From an uncultured Lentisphaerales bacterium (GTDB taxonomy: Bacteria > Verrucomicrobiota > Lentisphaeria > JABSQK01 > UBA12247): 64,000 nucleotides of DNA. Below, one piece after another: positions 41,481 through 51,416 of this stretch (within the stretch, counting starts at the first letter, position 1; each line of letters opens with the position of its first letter). The DNA lies in the NCBI GenBank assembly GCA_943788985.1, contig CALSSJ010000012.1, positions 1 to 64,000 on the forward strand, read 5' to 3'. The translations under genes and the position numbers were made by a program. The notes under the pieces were generated by a model that saw only the letters and a list, made by a program, of their open reading frames with translations, had not been told where the DNA came from and ran no database searches.

Positions 41481-43351
41481 CTAGCGGCGGGTATCGGGGT
41501 CGCCTGCATCTTGATTGTTAAGTTTCCTGTTTTCATTATGGACCTGTTGGATCCAGGCGATGGCCGCAGGGGCTATCAGTTCATGGCCACCGTCAAAAAT
41601 GGTAACCGTTGCATGGCCCGACTCCCTTCGGAAGAGAGGTTGCTTCTGGCCATAGTTTGGGTCTGACAGGTTGGCTTGCAGCTTCGGCGGGACCTTTCTC
41701 TTCTCAACAAAGAAACGAATATCCTCTTCCGAGATCCGGTCTTCCGCTGCCGCTACTTCGTTGAACGCAAGAAGTGAATGGCTAATGGGAACGATTCGCT
41801 CCTTAATTCCTGCGTTGAGATGCAGGGTCGTTCCTCTCGCGTTTTTCAGATAGGTGATGGGTGATCGCTTTGCATACTCCGCGTCAACCGCAGGGCTATC
41901 ACCCGGTGCGCCACCGCATGATTTTTCCATGGACTCGACATGTTTTCCTTGGCCATGCCAGGCCGCCAAGTCCGATATGGGGACCCAGGCCGAAACCCCT
42001 GCCCATAGCTCCGGATGGTGCCCAGCCATGACCAGCGCCGTGTAGCCCCCGCCGGACGTACCGACAAGAAAGACGGAGGAATCATCGATGTTGCTTGTCT
42101 TCTTCGCGTACTCCACCGCGCTTACAATATCTGCCACAACCAGTTTTGACCCGGTTGCTTCAGGTCGATTGTTGGGGCCACGGAAGTCTGGATGGATGTA
42201 CACCCACCCCTGCTCCATGCACCATTGCTCAATGGCTTTGTGGTATTTCTGCTTGTAGTTCCCGGACCAGGTATGGAGAGCAACAATAAGAGGCACGGGT
42301 GTTTCTGACGCGGGAGCATAAAACATGGCAGGCTGCTCGGATTGGTCTGCAGCGCTTTTATACTTAATTTCCTTCACCTTTGGGGCAGGTATTTTTTCTG
42401 AGCTCGGTTGACCGAAAGCGTAAACGTCGCTACCACGGCACGGTGGTCAGAGGGGTATGGAGCGACCACGATATCCGCGTTCTCTTTGTTCTCTCCGATA
42501 ACCTTCGCATCGGTCACCTTGAGACCCTCGCCTTTAAAGTAAACATAATCAATGCGGTCATAGTGGATCGTAGGATCATCGGCTTTATTGAGAGTCGTCC
42601 AGGTGTAGCCGGGCTTTGCCATCTCGTCGGGATAGACCGTGCGATACGCATCGATATAGCCTGCCTGGGCCATCATCAAGGAGGTGGGGAATTCCACCTT
42701 CATGGGGTGGCGGCCGGAGTTGGCCGCGGCTTCGGTCCAGTCCAGATATGAGGGTTCGTTGAAATCGCCGACGACAAAAATAGGCGCCTCTTGATCGGAG
42801 AGAGCATTTATCCGTTTGAAAAGTCGTGCGATGAATCTGGCGCGCGTCTTATTTGCACCGGCAATTGCCTCGGCTTCGGTATCTATTTTGGGGTACACTC
42901 TGTAGCCGGCGGTCAGACCCAAGAGCTGGAAGGGCTGGTACGGACCGTGGGGCAGGTGCAGGTTGAAGACATAGGCTTCCTGGCCTGAAGGCAGCTTGAC
43001 CTTCATGCCGTCGGAATTCCTTTTGGCACTATCAGGTAACTCCTCGACAATTTCATAACGCGTGATGAAGGGACCGCTATGATTCCACCCCAGCAGCTTC
43101 GCCAGTTTCGGGACATTATTGCCGATCTCCTGCAGACCCACGATATCGGCCTGTGCCAGCTCGATCATCTTGGCCGATTGGGACAAGGGTTGCCCACGCT
43201 TCGTGCCGCCATGTAAAGCATTGTAGGTCATGACCCTCACGATGGACTCTTCGCCGGGCTTTTCGCTTTCTGCGTGCAGGGGTATTGCAAAAGCCAGCCC
43301 AAGACCGAACAGCATTGTTATAGCACTCATCGTGCGAATTGTTTTCTTCAT
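41481..43351 (-). CDS. EEP domain + alpha/beta-hydrolase (peptidase S9-like/esterase); probably one fused gene with a 1-nt frameshift near 42412
   Basis: EEP 42374-43351 (signal peptide, GDFNEP, PSDHRAV). Hydrolase 41481-42377 (ALHTWSG, PDFRGPN, GTSGGG, FDGGHE) has no signal peptide. Upstream of its GTG the hydrolase frame reads QPSSEKIPAPKVK, matching the QPSSEK tail of the EEP at 24019. Confidence 0.8.
41499..41523 (-). repeat. attC-like left half inside the 3' end of the hydrolase gene
   Basis: Minus strand ACTTAAC-AATCA-AGATGCAGGCGAC: canonical RYYYAAC, a 5-nt spacer and the shared L'' arm (translated LNNQDAGD). Confidence 0.55.
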
Positions 43352-45496
43352 TAAAGTTCCTTTTTATGGCCGAGCTGCGAGAGCTTCCAGGTCTTATCGG
43401 TGTGTACCTTTCCATCCCCAAAAATGATGCGGACACGGGCCGTGGGATCGTCACGAGTCGTGTCGAAATCAATCGTCGCAAAGCCCTTCTGCCCGCTGTT
43501 CGCTATTCCGGAGGACATCACCTCGACCATGGGATAGCCGACACGGTCGGACTCGTGGTGCTTCCCAGACGAGGGATTGGTGCATATCGCCTGACAGATA
43601 CATCACGCCGGAGATCTGATTTTCTTTGATGGCATCGAAGAGACGGTGGCGTGAAAAGGTGTAGATGCGCCATCCATCCACCTTGCTGTGATGAAGCGTA
43701 CTGCCGGAAGCAATGATCTTAAATCGGGCTTTTGAATTCTTGAGACCGTTTAAAAGCCACTCAAACTGGGCATCCCCAAGCATCCGCTTCTTCTCATCAT
43801 CCGGCACTTCGTTGGGCGAACGATGGTAGCGACCATCCACTACAAAAAAATCAACATCTCCATAGGAGAATTTGAAGAAGGCACCCGGGGTATCGACAGT
43901 TCCAAGTTCCGGGTTGGCCCAGAACTGCTTCCAACCCGCCAGCGAAAACTCTTTTCCTTTTGCCGTACCATCGGAATTGTTGGGACCGTAATCATGATCA
44001 TCCCAGATCGCGTAGACCGGCACATGGCGCAGCACATTGGCAAACTCCTTCTCCTGGCGGTAGGCCACATGATGTTTTAACTGCACAGTAGGGTCGGTAG
44101 TATCGGAATATTGGGTATCGCCCACCGTGATGTGAAGATCGGGTTTCTCCGCGAGCAGGAGATTCCAGGAATCCTGGGGCCCTCCACTCCGCATGCAGGA
44201 GGTAATGGCCAGCCTGAAAGCCGAGGGCTTTCCCTCGACCGGAGCCGTCTTGAAGGATCCCTCCCGGGCGGGATCAGGTTTACCATCTACAGAAACCTGA
44301 TAGCGATAACGCGTATCTGGCAGCAATCCCGTCAAGGGTGATTTGAACACCTGCCCGGACCCCTTGGCGGCGGGGTTAGGCTCCGCGGTAAACGTTCCCG
44401 TCTTTTTATCAACCAGAGAGGATTCCTCGGCATGATAGTTAAAGGTGCACCGGGACTTGGCCGGGGCATACATCCACAAGGTCATCCCATCCGGTTTGAC
44501 ATCCCCCATCAGAGGACCGGCGATCCCTTTGTCTGCTTGTTTGGCCAGCGAAAAGGTCGCCACCACCGCGCGGTGGTCAGAGGGATAAGGCGAAACAACG
44601 ATGTCCGCGTTCTCTTTGTTTTCACCCACGATCTTTGCGTCGGTCAGTTCTACGCCCTTGCCTTTGAAGTAAACAAAATCGATGCGATCATAGTGGGTCG
44701 TTGGGTCATCAGGCTTGTACATGGGCGACCAGGTGTAGCCCGGGTTTTTCATCTCGTCGGGATAGATCGTGCGGTAAGTATCGACAAAACCTGCTTTGGT
44801 CATCGCCTTCGAGGTGGGATACGCCACTTTGATCGGGTGGCGACCGGACTGGGCCGCTGCTTCGGTCCAGTCAAGGTGTGAGGGTTCATTGAAATCGCCC
44901 ACCACAAAAACAGGAGTCTTTTGGTCGTAAAGGAAACGTATCTTTCTAAGAAGTCTTACTACGTGTGGTTGGTAGCGTGCCTTTCTTGCCCACTCAATCG
45001 CTTCGGCTTCGGTAGTGATCTTTTCGCCGCCGCGAGTAATACCCAATAGCTGGTAGGGCTGATACGGACCGGATGGCAGGTGCACGTTGAAGATGTAAGC
45101 TTCCTGGCCAGAAGGCAGCTTGACCTTGATGCCGCCTTTGTTGCGGCTGTTGTCACCTTTGATGCGCTCGATGATCTCATAACGCGTCACGATCTCGCTA
45201 TCCACGTCGTGATTCCACCCCAGCAGCTGCGCCAGTTCCTCCGTATTCTTAGGGTACTTTCTTACCTGGATCTCCTGCAGACCGACAATATCAGCCCGGC
45301 CCTCCTGAATCACCCGGGCCGTCTGGAAGAGGGGTTGCCCACGCCTCCTGGCGCCGTGATATACATTGTACGACATGACCCGAACGATGGACTCTTCGCG
45401 GGGCTCCTCGGTTTGTGCCTGCAGGGGCGTCACAAAAGCCAACCCAACGGCGAGCAGCATTCCCATAGCACTCATGGTGCGAATTGTTTTTTTCAT
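43351..45496 (-). CDS. EEP domain + PhoD-like alkaline phosphatase fusion; frameshift near 43560
   Basis: Start MKKTIRTMS at 45496; EEP motifs; then LAITSC, VGDTQYSD, AIWDDHDYGPNN, VDGRYHRS, MLGDAQFEWL, LSGDMH. The shifted frame continues ..EVMSSGIAN..HKKEL* to 43351. Confidence 0.88.
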
Positions 45497-45507
45497 AACA
45501 GTTCCTA

Positions 45508-45556
45508 TGCAAACTTCTACCCGCACCGACTTGTTCGGCTGCGGGAATTGTTGGCG
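45508..45556 (-). repeat. Compact attC-like site (49 bp), homologous to 19976-20024
   Basis: Minus strand CGCCAAC-AATTC-CCGCAGCC-GAACAAGTC-GGTGCGG-GTAGAA-GTTTGCA. Confidence 0.6.
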
Positions 45557-45566
45557 TTTTTTTTTA

Positions 45567-45757
45567 AACCACTGATGGACACTGATATTCATCTCACGAC
45601 GCGCTTCCATTCGAGTTTTGTTTTCTTCTTTAAATTCAGGAAATATCCCAGACCGTATCCGGTCACGTTCATCCTTGGAGCAACCCACAATATACTAAGC
45701 CTCCATCTTATGGATCGGTTCGGGTTTATCAGTGTCCATCAGTGTCCATCAGTGGTT
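45567..45757 (-). mobile_element. Miniature inverted-repeat element with a deleted GxxExxY gene (copy 3)
   Basis: Arms AACCACTGATGGACACTGAT / ATCAGTGTCCATCAGTGGTT. The interior encodes MDTDKPEPIHKMEA*YIVGCS.. joined out of frame to VTGYGLGYFLNLKKKTKLEWKRVVR*. Confidence 0.75.
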
Positions 45758-45764
45758 GTCTCTT

Positions 45765-46811
45765 CTATTCTTTTGGTTGATTGGATAGCGTGAAGGTCGC
45801 GACCACGGCGCGGTGGTCGGAAGGATACGGAGCAACGACGATGTCCGCATTCTCTTCGTTTTCACCGACGATCTTGACTTCAGTCACCTTGAGCCCTTTG
45901 CCTTTGAAATAAACAAAGTCGATGCGGTCGTGATGAGTCTTAGGGTCATCGGGCTTGTACTTGGGCGACCAGGTGTAGCCCGGGGTTTTCATCTCGTCGG
46001 GATAGATCGTGCGATAGGCATCGCCAAAGCCGGCTTTGGCCATTGCTAGAGAGTTGGGATATTCCACTTTAATGGGGTGGCGGCCGGCCTTGGCAGCGGC
46101 TTCGGTCCAATCGAGATGTGAGGGTTCGTTGAAATCACCGACTACAAAAACAAGGGCCTCTTGATCGGGGAGGGCATGCACCTGCTTGAGAAGTCCTGCG
46201 ATGATTTCACCGCGAGCCTTTGTTGCCCATTGAATCGCCTCGGCCTCGGTCTTGATAAATTCGATATCAAATGTGTGCTTATGCCAAGTCGGACGGATGC
46301 CCAGCAGCTGGTACGGTTGGTAGGGATGGGAGGGCAGGTGGAAGTTAAAGATGTACGCTTCCTTACCCGAATCCAGTTTCACTTTGACGCCATTTTTGAG
46401 CGATTCAACGATTTCATAACGCGTTATAATTTTAGAACCCTTGCCCCCATCATGATTCCAGCCCAGCAACGCAGCGAGATCCTCCAAGGTGTCACCCCGG
46501 GGGGATCTCGTTTCCTGAATGCCGACGATATCCGCGTTGGCTTCCTTAATGGCCTTGGCCGTTTGGGACAGGGGTTGCTTCAACATGACGACGCCACCAC
46601 GATGTATGTTATAGGACATGACCCTCAGCGTGGACTCTTCAGCTTGGAGCTGCAGGGGCGAACCCAAAGCCAATCCAACAGCGAACAGCATGCCGATCAT
46701 GGCGAGGAGGCGATTCGATATCGCCACAGAAGCAGAGAAAGCCTGTCCAGATACAGACGTGACTCCGCCATCAATAGGGCTATATAGATATTTCGTTTTT
46801 TTCATTTTCAT
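45765..46811 (-). CDS. Secreted EEP-family protein
   Basis: VMSYNI, DIVGIQE, VGDFNEPSHLDW, DRIDFVY, PSDHRAV; start codon uncertain. Confidence 0.9.
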   Translation of the reverse strand: MKMKKTKYLYSPIDGGVTSVSGQAFSASVAISNRLLAMIGMLFAVGLALGSPLQLQAEESTLRVMSYNIHRGGVVMLKQPLSQTAKAIKEANADIVGIQETRSPRGDTLEDLAALLGWNHDGGKGSKIITRYEIVESLKNGVKVKLDSGKEAYIFNFHLPSHPYQPYQLLGIRPTWHKHTFDIEFIKTEAEAIQWATKARGEIIAGLLKQVHALPDQEALVFVVGDFNEPSHLDWTEAAAKAGRHPIKVEYPNSLAMAKAGFGDAYRTIYPDEMKTPGYTWSPKYKPDDPKTHHDRIDFVYFKGKGLKVTEVKIVGENEENADIVVAPYPSDHRAVVATFTLSNQPKE

Positions 46812-46901
46812 TTCCTTCTCTATAAAGGATCTCGTTTTCCTATTCGCATCACTACACGAGTTCGTTCATTCTTGCCGATCAGAAGCGAAGGCGGCAACTC
46901 C

Positions 46902-49900
46902 CTAATTGGCCGTAAAGCCGATCACGCGCAGGGCGGTGCCGCCCTGCTTCATGCGGCCAGGACGGTTTTCGAGGATCTCCAGCTCGAGCGTGTGGTCACC
47001 AGTCTCCAGCTCGTTAAAAAACATGATGGTGACGGGATAGTTAAACCCGCTGAATTTGCAGAGCGTGTCGATCTCGTTCGTCTGCTTGCCATCGATCGTA
47101 CAGCGGAGAATCCCCGCGTCCGGCCCGGCCAGCATGTACGCGCCAATCGCGGTGCCGGCAAAATCAATGGTCAGCTTCGCGCCAGCGGTGCTGCTGTAGA
47201 TCATCGGCGATTTCATAAAGCGGGCCCGAACCGCCCCCCTGTTTTCCCCTTTCCAAATCGGCACGCCGACCTTCCAGTTCGCGTCGGTTGTCGCATCCTC
47301 AAACGGCAGAAAGCGACCGCGGATGTAGCTCTTTTCGTCAATTGCTTCTTTGACCGGATATGCGCGGGGTTCGGCATTGGCTGGCAAGGGCTTTGCCCAT
47401 TCCTTGAGCAGCGCATTGGCAATCATGGTTGCGCACATCGTGTTGCCGTGCTTTTTCGGGTGTACCCCGCCGTAGGTCTTCCAGTCCGTCTTGCCAGCAG
47501 TGATCTGATCCGCCAGCTCCTGCGCCAGGTTGTTTACCGACACATCGTAATGCTCTGCCACCTTACTGTGGGCGGCAACCGACGCAGCCATGCGCCCCTG
47601 TTTTGCCTGACTCAGGATGTTCTCATTCACAAACATGGTCATCACAATGTCGACGTTCGGGTTGTGCTTCCGGGCCTGGGCGATGACACCCTCCATCCCG
47701 CGCAATGCATCGTGATAGCCCTGGTCGCCATCCTGATCATCATTGACGGTATACTCGACAAACAGCATATCCAGCGGTCCCTTGCTCAGGACATCTCGTT
47801 GCATGCGAAACGCACCAGTATCGGAACAGGTTGAGCTGATCCCCGCATTGGTAAAAGTAAATTCAGTTTGAGGGAAGCGCTTCTTCAACATCTCGCAGAC
47901 GATCGGGCGATAGCCATTCATCTCCGTAATTGAGCCGCCAAGAAACGCCACATGCCCGCGTTTTTTCTGCTCGAACTGAATGCGACTATTGCGGGAGTCG
48001 CCACGCAGGACGAAGTTTTGATCGCCCACGATTTCCTTGGCCGCGAGTGTACTCTGGCCTTTGTCCGGCTGGGTGACGAAATCGACAATTGGCTGCGGGT
48101 TTTTCAGCGAATGCGGATGGTGGCCGGTGTCAGGCTTATGAATCACCTTGATCACTCCGCCCAGCTTCTTGTAACGCGCTTCTGCAATCGCCGTGTTTTC
48201 GGCAAGCGGCACGATATCGTCGGCATCCCCCACGACGTGAATAAGCGGAATCCCGGCCTGTGCCAGCGGCGCCAGATTATCGAGCGGATTGCCTTTGTAC
48301 GCCAGCGCTTCTGCATCCGTGAGGCCATAGGCATTCAAACAGGTTTTCCAGGCCCCGCCGGCCCCTTTCCCTTTGCCCTTACCACCTGGCCAGCTTGTGA
48401 AATCCATGACCGGCGCATCGGCGTAGATCGCTTTCACTTTGTCCGGATTCGCCGCCGCCCAGTTATACACGATCAGGCCGCCGCGCGACATCCCCTCCAG
48501 AACCGGCTTATCCGCAAACAGGTGCTCAAAACGGAGATAGTCATAAAACGCATTCCAGCGCTTCACCGCTTCCGGGCTACCAAACAGGTTGCCAACATTG
48601 CAGTAGACGATGTGATAGCCCCGCTTCAGCATGGCGACATCAAACTGCGGCTCATGCCCCCAGAAGCGCGCGCGCCAGACCCACGGCTTACCGTCAGCAA
48701 TCTTCTTCGGAAGCACCACTTTGCAGTCCACACCTTCGAATTTGAAGCCAACCTGATCGAAGCCATGAAAGGTGGACTTCTTGCCCTGCCACTCAGAACC
48801 GGATGGTGCACGGGCGGACTCTGCAACAGGCCGCTTTGCAGCCTTGGCAGGAATCTCAGCCTCCGTGGTGAAGATAGAAGCTGGCAGGCCTTGCTTGTTA
48901 TAGAGATTGGCCGCTTCAGCGTTCTGTGCCCACGCATAGCGGACCACCGTTGGATTCGCGACGTCCGGGTGAGACACAGTGATCGTGTCGGTGCCCGTAA
49001 TCTCAACATTCGCCCACTGCCACTGACGGTCTGCACCACAGATCTGGAAATGCTGCAACGGTTCATCGGACTTCTGTGTGTCGGCCATCCCGACCTTTGA
49101 ACCAGCCATCAGCCCCGAACCGGCGGAATCAAACGTGATGATGACCTGGTTGCCTTTGATTGTATGGCTCTTGTAGAGTGGGCCGCTGCAAACAGGCACC
49201 TTCTGTTTGTAATCATGCTTCAAGGCCCACAACGCCAGGCGCTTGCCGACATCTATTTTGTTGTGCGGATGGATATCGGCGGCTTCGCCGATGTCACTCA
49301 GCACGGCCATACCGGTATGTTTCAGACCGAGCGTCCGGCGCTGCTGATCGCAGATCAATGCCCAGGAGTCGAACTCAACCGGCTCAGTAACCGGTTGCTG
49401 AAAGTTCGCCAGCTGCGCGAAGTAAAACGGAAAATCTCCCTGATCCCACTGCTCGCGCCAGGCGCTGATCATTGTCCTGAAGTGGTGTTCGTACTGAGGG
49501 ATATTATGACCAGCATTCGACTCGCCCTGATACCAGATAGCCCCTTTGATGGCGTAGGGAACAACAGGGTTGACCATGGCGTTGAAGAGCGTCGAGGGGA
49601 ACTGTGGCCCTCCGTTCGGCTTCGATGGTTTCCTCGGCTTTCTATGTCTTCTTGCCTTCTTGCCTTTCGCCTTCTCTTTATGACGCTCAAGGGCAGCCTG
49701 GTAGTCCGCCTCCGCCTTTTTCGGATCCCATGATGCGACTTGATTTTCAAGATCGGATCGGTTGCTCGAATAATAGGCAGCCATTTCCGTATCCTGCAGG
49801 AATGCCTCCGCGGGAATCCAAGGTTCGACGCGGGTGCCGCCCCAGGCGCACTTGATCAGGCCGACCGGAACGCCAAGTTTCTTGCGCAGCTCACGCCCAA

Positions 49901-50480
49901 AGAAATAGGCCGTCGCCGAAAAGCTAGGATTGTTCTTGGGTGAGGAGTCCATCCAACTGCCCGCGAGGGTTGTTCGCGGCTCAAAGGGAGACATGCCCTT
50001 GTTTACGGTAAACTGCCGCAATCCGTCATCCGTCGCCGTCTCTATCTCCTTCTTAACGTAGTGTGCAGCGGGCTGGTGTTCCGCCGTGGTGCGCTTGGGG
50101 GAGGCCTTGGCCAACTGTTCCAGCACAAAGTCCATGTTCGACTGCCCGGAGCAGAACCATACTTCTCCGCAAAGAACGTCGTGAATGTCGACCGTGTTGT
50201 TTCCCTTGATGGTAAGGCTGTACGGCCCGCCAGCCGCGGGCGTCTTCAACGTCACGCGCCATGTGCCGGATGCGTCGGCTGTCGTAGCCGCAGATTCACC
50301 CCAGCTCGCGCTGACAGTCACCTCTTCACTCGCATCTGCGGTTCCAAAGACGGGTGCTTCGGTTTCGCGCTGGATCACCATGCCATCGGCAAACAGCGCC
50401 GCGGGCCGCACATCGGCCATGCCAACAAACGGCGTGATGATGACCAGCGAGACGATCAATACATTTAGCTTAACCGTCAT
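46902..50480 (-). CDS. Triple esterase: SASA + alpha/beta-hydrolase + SGNH/GDSL domains (1192 aa)
   Basis: CSGQSNM..WYQGESN..DIHPHNK; KPWVWRARFWGHEP..EGMSRGG..VVGDADD..GHHPHS; VAFLGGSITE..NAGISST..VEYTVND..GGVHP. Confidence 0.9.
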   Translation of the reverse strand: MTVKLNVLIVSLVIITPFVGMADVRPAALFADGMVIQRETEAPVFGTADASEEVTVSASWGESAATTADASGTWRVTLKTPAAGGPYSLTIKGNNTVDIHDVLCGEVWFCSGQSNMDFVLEQLAKASPKRTTAEHQPAAHYVKKEIETATDDGLRQFTVNKGMSPFEPRTTLAGSWMDSSPKNNPSFSATAYFFGRELRKKLGVPVGLIKCAWGGTRVEPWIPAEAFLQDTEMAAYYSSNRSDLENQVASWDPKKAEADYQAALERHKEKAKGKKARRHRKPRKPSKPNGGPQFPSTLFNAMVNPVVPYAIKGAIWYQGESNAGHNIPQYEHHFRTMISAWREQWDQGDFPFYFAQLANFQQPVTEPVEFDSWALICDQQRRTLGLKHTGMAVLSDIGEAADIHPHNKIDVGKRLALWALKHDYKQKVPVCSGPLYKSHTIKGNQVIITFDSAGSGLMAGSKVGMADTQKSDEPLQHFQICGADRQWQWANVEITGTDTITVSHPDVANPTVVRYAWAQNAEAANLYNKQGLPASIFTTEAEIPAKAAKRPVAESARAPSGSEWQGKKSTFHGFDQVGFKFEGVDCKVVLPKKIADGKPWVWRARFWGHEPQFDVAMLKRGYHIVYCNVGNLFGSPEAVKRWNAFYDYLRFEHLFADKPVLEGMSRGGLIVYNWAAANPDKVKAIYADAPVMDFTSWPGGKGKGKGAGGAWKTCLNAYGLTDAEALAYKGNPLDNLAPLAQAGIPLIHVVGDADDIVPLAENTAIAEARYKKLGGVIKVIHKPDTGHHPHSLKNPQPIVDFVTQPDKGQSTLAAKEIVGDQNFVLRGDSRNSRIQFEQKKRGHVAFLGGSITEMNGYRPIVCEMLKKRFPQTEFTFTNAGISSTCSDTGAFRMQRDVLSKGPLDMLFVEYTVNDDQDGDQGYHDALRGMEGVIAQARKHNPNVDIVMTMFVNENILSQAKQGRMAASVAAHSKVAEHYDVSVNNLAQELADQITAGKTDWKTYGGVHPKKHGNTMCATMIANALLKEWAKPLPANAEPRAYPVKEAIDEKSYIRGRFLPFEDATTDANWKVGVPIWKGENRGAVRARFMKSPMIYSSTAGAKLTIDFAGTAIGAYMLAGPDAGILRCTIDGKQTNEIDTLCKFSGFNYPVTIMFFNELETGDHTLELEILENRPGRMKQGGTALRVIGFTAN

Positions 50481-50561
50481 ATTCGGTTCCTTGTTACTTT
50501 TTTTACTCAGCTCTAATAGTCCGACAGGCTGCTATTCGAAATGGGTGGTCGCTGGGATCTC

Positions 50562-51390
50562 TTACTCACAATAGACCCAGGGATGGTCGGACAGGCAGCC
50601 CTCAGCTTTTAAATTCCGATCGTTCTGGTTCTTTGGTCCCCAGTCTCTCTTGGATTCGATGAGTTTGACCGAGCCCTTTGTGCTGAAGAGGATGTGGTCT
50701 ATTGACTTCTCTTTGGTTGTGTTCTCCAGCTTGACATCTTTCGAAAGAGATCGCATGACCAGGCCATCGGTCCATTCATTAAAGTCGCCCCCGACGATAA
50801 TGCCGTAACTAGCATCTTCGGCCTTGATCAGCTCCGCCAGCTTTTTGTGTTTCGAGCCCTCCCAAGCAGCAGAGGAAGTAGGTTGCTTCCTGTGGTGGGC
50901 ATAGCCTGGCAAGTGCAGAGAGTAAAGCGCGAACTTCCGACCACCGATTTCAGTCTCTGCATGCACTGGGTTCGCACGTTTCCAGCCACTCCCTTCCACT
51001 GTGATGTCTTTGCCCTCGGTCAGAGGCGTTCGGCTCAGAATGGACTTGAACTTGCCGCCATAATCACCCGTTATATCCCCCATTGGGGAGCCTTGTGCCC
51101 CGCGGATGAACTCGTTCCAACGTGTACGTGCTCCAGGCCGAGTGCGTCCGCTAAGCGTTGTGACCAATCCTTCACGTCTTTTCCTGGGTTCGCCTTGGGA
51201 ACCTCACTAAGCAATACGATGTCGGCCTTCAGAGGCTTCAGAAGCTCGGTAATTTGCTCAGGAGTAGCCCATTGCCCGCAAGCGACGTTATACGCCACCA
51301 CGCTAACCTTCGTCGTACTGGCTCCATATACAGCCGTGGTCATCAGCAGAGCCGACATCAGTGTACGCGTGTCAAAAATTTGTTTATCAT
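50562..51390 (-). CDS. EEP-superfamily protein (divergent from the other six); frameshifted
   Basis: VVAYNV, DIVLLSEVP, SILSRTPL, YSLHL, IVGGDFNE, IDHILF, LSDHPWV. Frameshifts near 51110 and 51370. Confidence 0.8.
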
Positions 51391-51416
51391 CAGTTGCCTT
51401 GTTTAATTGGTTTTTA

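Noticed and set aside
45497..45688. N-terminal extension of the 739-aa ORF (also 40749-40937, 54236-54679, 22556-22636)
   Set aside because: These extensions run through repeats or overlap upstream genes; signal peptides and RBS positions indicate the later starts.
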